Shown here: piece by piece, positions 57,401 to 64,000 of the stretch
Layout: the number at the start of each line of letters is the position of its first letter
How positions within the stretch are numbered: position 1 is the stretch's first letter
Assembly: GCA_965285935.1 (NCBI GenBank)
Contig: OZ260667.1
Coordinates: 21,886,001-21,950,000 of the forward strand
Reading direction: 5' to 3'
Length of the DNA stretch: 64,000 bases
From: Ophelia neglecta
Taxonomy: Eukaryota
Program-made: the position numbers and the translations under genes
Notes under the pieces: model-generated
Told to the model about the DNA's origin: nothing
The model's input: the letters and a program-made list of their open reading frames with translations, nothing else
Database searches by the model: none

Positions 57401-58033
57401 TTTATTAATATATATTAAGCACATTTTTTATTAGAGCAACATTCTATCCCATCGGGGTTACAGCCCACTACAAATGGTTTGATCAAAGAGTATGGCTAAT
57501 CATATCTTAAAAACTTACAAATTGGGACATAACGGTAAAGACAAATATTAATGCATATACACAATTGCCGGTTGATTGCCATTTCCCTTTTAAATAGGTT
57601 ACAATCGAAGAAATCAATCGATCGCCCGAGTTAAGTCTGTATTTAATCTGCTATTTATAAATTGGGTACCGTTACAATAACAAAAATGTCGTTATTATCT
57701 TGGTTAACACTCTCACCTTCATTAATGTCACTCTCAGATAAGCAAAATAATAAAGAACTAAAGTAGTTACCTAAAATATATAAATCAATTTGGTAAATAA
57801 CACATACTGCCCTTCAATGTACAGAAACATTTTTTTGTATTTACACGTTACGTTTACTTAAAATGATCAAAATTTAAGAGAATTTGGACATTCACAAATT
57901 GCTCCTGTTCCCTATTCGATATTCACAACCATCCGACCTTTTGTTTTTCCTTTTTTGATATTTCGCCCATATTCATCTACATTTCTTATTTCACTGTTTC
58001 CCGGTTTGACATTGCTTACTCTATTTGTTTCTA
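57401..58033 (-). other. Probable terminal exon of the 147-aa gene, containing a 39-codon open frame and 3' UTR
   Basis: The acceptor is CTTGTTTTTACTCTTCTGGCTAG|TAG| (NAGNAG, 58033/58030). A purine-rich frame ETNRVSNVKPGNSEIRNVDEYGRNIKKGKTKGRMVVNIE* ends at 57912. Minus-strand AATAAA occurs at 57432-57427 and 57406-57401. Confidence 0.5.
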
Positions 58034-58543
58034 CTAGCCAGAAGAGTAAAAACAAGCATACAGGAGGCTTTGCGAACGGTCATATATAGAATTAGTACAA
58101 TCTATAACGGAGCACATTGGCTGAGAAGGTACGAATGAAACAGATCATCGATACCTCCAAAAACAATGCATATCTAAAAGAGACTTACTAACTACGCTGT
58201 CAAAACAATTGTCAAAATTTCAATATTATCCACCCCTATCTTTCATGGATATGAACCTCATCGAAGATAACTATTGGTACTCAACAAATTATGAAGCTTA
58301 CTCTACTGAGTTGAACTAAATTATCACAATAATATGTCAACATGTATAATCTTATTCCGTCTAATATTAAATGAAAGATTTCTAATACCAGTTGAGGACA
58401 TGTGCAATTCATACGTCGTCCAAACCAACTCACGTTGTTTACATACCGAAGTGACATTTTGAGTTTCGTTGCTTAGGTTTCACAATGACTAGTTTACCTG
58501 CTGTTTCTTCGCTTTTCTTTTACAAAATAAGTTATGGCTCCAT

Positions 58544-58987
58544 CTACTTTTCATTTTTTTCCGTTTTGGTTGATATTGCGCTCAATTCATTTAAGTTTTT
58601 ACTTTTTACATCTGTGTCGGGATCAGATGTGTCATCCAGACATGCCTCGGCCTCTGGCATGCTACTGTGTATCAATTCCTGTTCCATCTCAACTACGCTC
58701 CTTTTACCCATAGTTGGAACGCCACCAAACGACCGGTCCAATTCCGCCATTGGGTCGTCATATTTGGTCATATCAGATGCGATCCACTCGTCGTCCTTTT
58801 TGCTCTGCTTTGCTTTTTCTACCTGTTTATCCTCAGACTTTTTATCCTCCACCTTTGATGTCGATTGTTCCTGGGCCTTTGCCTTTACTTCCGCCTTGGG
58901 TTCGGCGGCAGGCATTATTAAAGCCCTGTTTAATGGATTCGAGTACAATGTCAAATCTGCCGCAATCAGAAAGTCCTCGGCCGACAT
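58544..58987 (-). CDS. Uncharacterised 147-aa Lys/Glu/Asp-rich, probably disordered protein (exon 58498-59041); frame open back to the acceptor
   Basis: This is the longest minus-strand ORF and has protein-like composition. It is bounded by the acceptor CTCACCACTCTGTTTTGCAG| at 59041 and the donor CAG|GTAAAC at 58498. The ATG lies in ACAATGT context. It contains DRSFGGVPTMGKR. Confidence 0.8.
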   Translation of the reverse strand: MSAEDFLIAADLTLYSNPLNRALIMPAAEPKAEVKAKAQEQSTSKVEDKKSEDKQVEKAKQSKKDDEWIASDMTKYDDPMAELDRSFGGVPTMGKRSVVEMEQELIHSSMPEAEACLDDTSDPDTDVKSKNLNELSAISTKTEKNEK

Positions 58988-61549
58988 TGTGATTTGAATG
59001 CCGGTGTAAGCGGAAGTTGTTTGTTCCTCTTTGATTATTTTCTGCAAAACAGAGTGGTGAGTTCATCAGCATATCCATGGTCGGTAAGATCTATGCAGAA
59101 GGTAATTTAGTGGAATTTTTTCTTATCTAGGATTATACAGCAGCACAATGGCCGTGTTGTTCGCTGTCCGTTGCACATATTACTTTTAAATGCACATGGC
59201 CGGGAATACTAAACTTGTTTGTTATCAGCTAATCTATCACCCCACGGGTCAACTGGGAGGAGACCGAACAAGCAGAACTACAAATAATTGTTTAGCGCAT
59301 ATGGTAAATCATGTTATCTTTACAAAAGGCATTGAGACAGGCATTATTTATTTTATGGAAAGAAACATTCTTTACAATAAGATTCCAGTTACTAATATCA
59401 TCACTAGACCTTAGAGCAGAATAAGAATTTCAGATTTAGATCATTAGTCACCGTATATTAAAAAGGCATGCCAGAATTTGACGTAAATCCTGCCTTACTG
59501 TGCAGGACAATTAATACCGAAACAACAATATAACACAAATTACACTCCTTGTATATCAAAGTATGGCCATCATCAAATATCAGAGAATCTGAGGAGGCCG
59601 TTTATATGACTATATATCTATGGTTACTACTTTCCACGGTAATAGTAATACCATGAGCCGGTGAAGACCACTCACTGGCGTGTTTTCAAAATGCGCTGCC
59701 TAAGGCCATAGCACCCCATTGAGTCTGCGTAAGGCTTATTTAACCCCTTACGTTATAGAGCAAAGACTCGTCAGCATGAGAGTAAACAAAAGTATAATAT
59801 GTCTTGATATGTTTTGGTGAACATCTAATATATTATTATACACCTTAATAAAGTTCATATACATTATAGTATAGAATCACATTTATGCCAATTACGACTG
59901 CAGTACTATGCAGAACAATAATTAAATAAATAATGCAGTCAAATAAACATGACGTGTAGTAAATAAACCGAAATATTGCATACCAATATGGGATCCGATT
60001 ACTTCTTTTCTGTTCTAGTATCAACACTGCTTTTGTAGTTCTTTTTTAGCACGAGGCGGTTACTTAGCGACTCTAAAGATAAGCTGGTCTCGGATACGCC
60101 TACGTCGGATTAGGTCTCGCCAGCTACTAATACTCTCCCTCTCTGTTTGGCTACATATCATGGGAGAATATATTGATTTCTAGTTATGTTGTATTCATCG
60201 GCACCTGTCACGTAGCGATACAGATTCTCCAATTAATCGAAGTGCGCGGCAACGTTAGTGAACAAATGCTCAAGAAAATTGATTTGGTTGCGGAATCAGG
60301 ACTACTTTCTTTTGACGTCCAATATTGATAAAAGAGACTCTGGTGTCTCCGACACGTGTTGCAGCCGCGGTTTTTCCCCTCCTTTGTTACTTGTCATTGC
60401 ATTGGCTAAGACGGAGTAATGGGTGCATGGTGGATACAGGGGGGGGGGGGGGGTAATGGTTCCTTGGAAATTCTAGAGCTTCCTTGGGATGCCATCACAT
60501 GCACAGTTTTCAAAACAACACTGCCATAGAACCATAATGTTCTGCAATAAGCATTAAACGCAAAAAAATGGACTAGTTTGATGGCACCTGTACCTTAGTC
60601 ATCCATATGTTCTTGCTTACGGCTCAAGGCTGTACATTTGTACATGCTACAGCAATGTTCTAAGGCCGAGTATGTCAGGCTCAGCTAGGTTTAATTATGA
60701 CATTCACCGTCTGCCCTGGTACCTGCCCTATATATTGTTACTTTTATTAGCTATAATTTGGAGATCACAAACACGCATGCCTTGTGGCATTCGCATGTCA
60801 CCAAAGGCGGTAAGAAATGCTTCCTGACACGTTTCAGTCTCTGATGTTAGTTTCAGCAAGAAGGCAGCAGCGAATAATTGTAAAAGGCCTTTGACTAGAA
60901 TGACATTTAAGCATTGACATGAGCGGAGTCAAGGAACCCGTATATATTACCTGACAGATTCTGACATTATAACTATCATGCTTGTCACATCAATCCCCAT
61001 CAATCCACGACTACAAATACATGTAGAACGATGGAGATTAAAAGGCGGAGAGACAAAACCATTGATACCACGTGTAATGTACAGAATATAGGCATAGTCT
61101 GGATTTTCCTTGGCGACAAAACGAAAGAGTCAGTGCCACATTGGGGTCAAAAGAATGAAAGGGTTCTGCCAAAGATTCCGTGTGAATGTAAAAACGTCAT
61201 ACCTGTTCATGGTACTGTGAATGAGGATGATGTCACAATTAAAGACTTCATTTTTCCTAAAGAATTCTCAGGACCCTGTTTAGCGGGGCTGATTTATTAC
61301 AACAATTGGGCTAATTGTGCATTTTGCATAAAAAGATGAAATTTTAGGGATATTACATGAGTCAATTTTGAAGGGAAGACTTTCCTTTTGTTCCCCGGTA
61401 TCCATGAGGACGTGTGACAAAGGTCTTAAATTACACAGCGCACTATGGTGACCTTTACGGCAACAACAAAATTAAGAAATAAAACAGCGAACAAAGTCAC
61501 GGTTACAAGCAGCTGGCTCCCTATATTTGACATTTTCAGTGTACTGATA

Positions 61550-62760
61550 TGTCATTGGTGTCATGGGAACAGACACATATTTCGAAAAATTTAATCAGTT
61601 GTCATTTCCGAATTTAAATATAGTATTCGGTCTGTATATTTTTGGTTTTTGATTTATCAAGCAAAGAGCAAATTAAGAAAAATAATGCGGCCAGATAGAG
61701 AGGCATATCTGACATTATATGACTGTCTAATTGTACTGTTAATAGTATGGTCAGTTTTAGCAGAAATATACAATGTTTGTAAAGAAATCTTAAAATTTGC
61801 AACACAGCTCAATGGCTTACTTGAAATTGATTTGGGATATGCCAAGCAGAAATATGAGTGGTTGCCATGGTAACTACCAGAAAACTTAAAATGTACTAGT
61901 CCGCTTCCGAAACTACCTGCCTGAATGAATATTAGATAAATATAAGATATACCACCTTAGTTACATTACCCCGAACCATCAAAACATGCTAAGAATATTT
62001 TGGTTTAGGAAAAGTGATCGAACCAGCAATTTCCATGGTTACAACGACATCTTTATATTTAAGTCTTTGATGCTGGTCACTTCATTCACAATGGTGAGCT
62101 TACTACTATATTGAATGGTTTTCTAAACAAGGTCAACTTGAATAAACGTTTGCATGGATTATGTGCTCTCCAATAATGTACTGGTTGACTATCCAACCCA
62201 TCCCGGTCACTATGGAAACACGGTGCGAGTTGTAGTAAGTTGACTCAAAGTGGCAGTTTTTCTCGCTTACGCTCTTGATATATAATATTATATAGTCGGC
62301 TAGTGGCAAATGGTAATTAAATTGTGTTCTTTCGCCGAATTCTTATGCTTTGGCCTGCATGTAGGAGACGTAAGTGTGATCATTAGCTTAAAGCAAAACT
62401 TAAACATACTGGTAGTTATCATGCTAACGACCGACCATTTTTAAAAAGGAACTTTCTGATTTGAAATTCCTTCCCAAATAATTATTGTGTATGGCTGTTT
62501 TATAAGTGTTTTTACTGCACAATAAGCAAGCAAAACATAACATGTCTATTTGATTTTGGGCAGACTATATATAAACCAGAGGTTGCTATCAATTCACTCT
62601 TTGAATTGATGTCATTTATTTGGAACTTTTATTTTTGTGCACAGTATATAAGCAGTAGACTTTTCAAACACAATCAAGTCAAGAATGTTCTGCCTGTACA
62701 ACAGACTAAAGCAATCCTATTTATATTCCATTACCATTTGGTTTCCATGGTAACAATCAT
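61550..62760. promoter_or_regulatory. Cluster of RFX X-box-like palindromes (possibly transposon-derived)
   Basis: GTTGCCATGGTAAC (61861), ATTTCCATGGTTAC (62029), GTCACTATGGAAAC (62206), GTTATCATGCTAAC (62415) and GTTTCCATGGTAAC (62741). Confidence 0.5.
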
Positions 62761-63049
62761 GATAATTCCTACAACGCACAAAATTATTTTTAATTCGGCA
62801 CCTGGCATGTTCCCGTCATTTGAAAAGACTGCTGAACACTTGTGTCTTGAATTCTTACATTAATTGCTACAAAGACAGCTAAATAAAAGGCCTCAAAAAT
62901 TAACGATACACATTATCAAAGTAATTATACAATAGCGCCTTTATTTAGCCGCGTTTAATTGTAAGCTACAGCTCTGAAGTAAATATGAGTATACACTAGA
63001 TATCAAAGGTTGAGGATAGCTATCAAGAGACTTTGAAAATATCTAATGT

Positions 63050-63355
63050 CGAATAAACACAAAGCAATGCACACGCATACTATATATAAAAAAAGATCTA
63101 AAACAACATGGATAGTCGTAATTGTTAAAAGCAGTGCAGGATGGCTTTGGGGCTAATTAGATTAGGGGCTAATTGACGTACACAGATTTTGCGATCATTT
63201 ACTACCAGCAACGCAGTCACGTGACCGCCTTGCATAAACAAGATGGGTTGAAAGAAAATACAAATCTGTAACGCAGATATCAGTTCTTTTTCAATCATTA
63301 AATATATCTGTTAATCAAATTGATGTAAAATAATACAACATATTTTTACGTCATT
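63050..63355 (-). promoter_or_regulatory. Candidate TATA promoter with P3 homeodomain palindrome, CRE-like and CLEAR/E-box sites
   Basis: TATATATAG (63088-63080) lies about 30 nt before an Inr-like TTATTC. Upstream are TAATTAGATTA (63154-63164), TGACGTA (63174), GTCACGTGAC (63216-63225) and TTACGTCA (63346). Confidence 0.35.
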
Positions 63356-63656
63356 TCGACCCACCAAAAGGTAAAAATCGGGTAAAAATGTTTAAATTGT
63401 CGGGTTTTATCATAAAGGACCATACCATATCTGGTATTTCCTGCCTACTACCTCGCATGCCTATCATAAGCGACGCACCTGGAGAAACCTTTGAAGGGGC
63501 ATATTGTATCCAGGGTACTAGATGGCGAACGGCATGCGTTACCTACAAACTCGACAAATATAACCGGGTAACATTTCCCTTAATAAAAATGCAATTAAAA
63601 CAAATTTATTCATATCAATGTCCAAATTAAAGGTCTTGTATGTTTTATTGTTTACG

Positions 63657-63853
63657 NNNNNNNNNNNNNNNNNNNNNNNNNNNNNNNNNNNNNNNNNNNN
63701 NNNNNNNNNNNNNNNNNNNNNNNNNNNNNNNNNNNNNNNNNNNNNNNNNNNNNNNNNNNNNNNNNNNNNNNNNNNNNNNNNNNNNNNNNNNNNNNNNNNN
63801 NNNNNNNNNNNNNNNNNNNNNNNNNNNNNNNNNNNNNNNNNNNNNNNNNNNNN
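63657..63853. other. Assembly gap (197 N)
   Basis: Run of N. Confidence 1.
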
Positions 63854-64000
63854 GTTATGAACCGGCTCCCTATACTTTCATTAAAAGACATACTTGCTTT
63901 AGTTGGAGAATATGTAGCGTTGAAGGCTTCCCAATTTGGTTGCCTGCCTTTTTCATTTGATAAACACAAAGAAAGTCATATTTCTATAAATTGTCAATAT

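Noticed and set aside
58485-58997. 170-aa plus-strand ORF
   Set aside because: It is the antisense shadow of the spliced minus-strand exon. Its Ser/Phe/Leu-rich composition mirrors the Lys/Glu codons.
14760-62250. Apparent abundance of AP-1 sites (TGACTCA/TGAGTCA)
   Set aside because: I counted about ten by eye. Roughly eight are expected by chance at this base composition, so there is no clear enrichment.
63618-63969. ORFs spanning the N run
   Set aside because: Artefacts of the assembly gap.

Overview
This window is AT-rich eukaryotic genomic DNA, most likely from an invertebrate animal. It has microsatellites, decayed LINEs, GT-AG splice signals and a 197-N gap. I see no operon-like ORF density, CRISPR arrays, rRNA or intact tRNA, and almost all listed ORFs are chance frames. 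Two minus-strand genes are supported. The first is a small gene near 57.4-59.0 kb. Its spliced exon (58498-59041) carries a 147-aa Lys/Glu/Asp-rich ORF with a possible amidated-peptide motif (RSFGGVPTM-GKR). A second purine-rich exon follows, and its frame suggests the visible stop may be a homopolymer frameshift. The second gene has an exon at 45242-45679 with a 5' leader holding three uORFs, followed by a signal-peptide-like N-terminus and a phase-1 GTGAGT donor. No convincing intact downstream exon was found in the next ~45 kb, so most of the window is probably one very large intron of a secreted or cell-surface protein gene. That intron contains LINE remnants, a possible Crypton remnant, tandem repeats and CpG-rich regulatory-looking islands. 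It also holds two diverged tandem copies of a decayed small Cys-containing secreted-protein gene (9.2-10.8 kb; signal-like stretch then ALKCxxC, Ly6/three-finger-like). No gene can be named with confidence, and none of the homology calls was checked by search.
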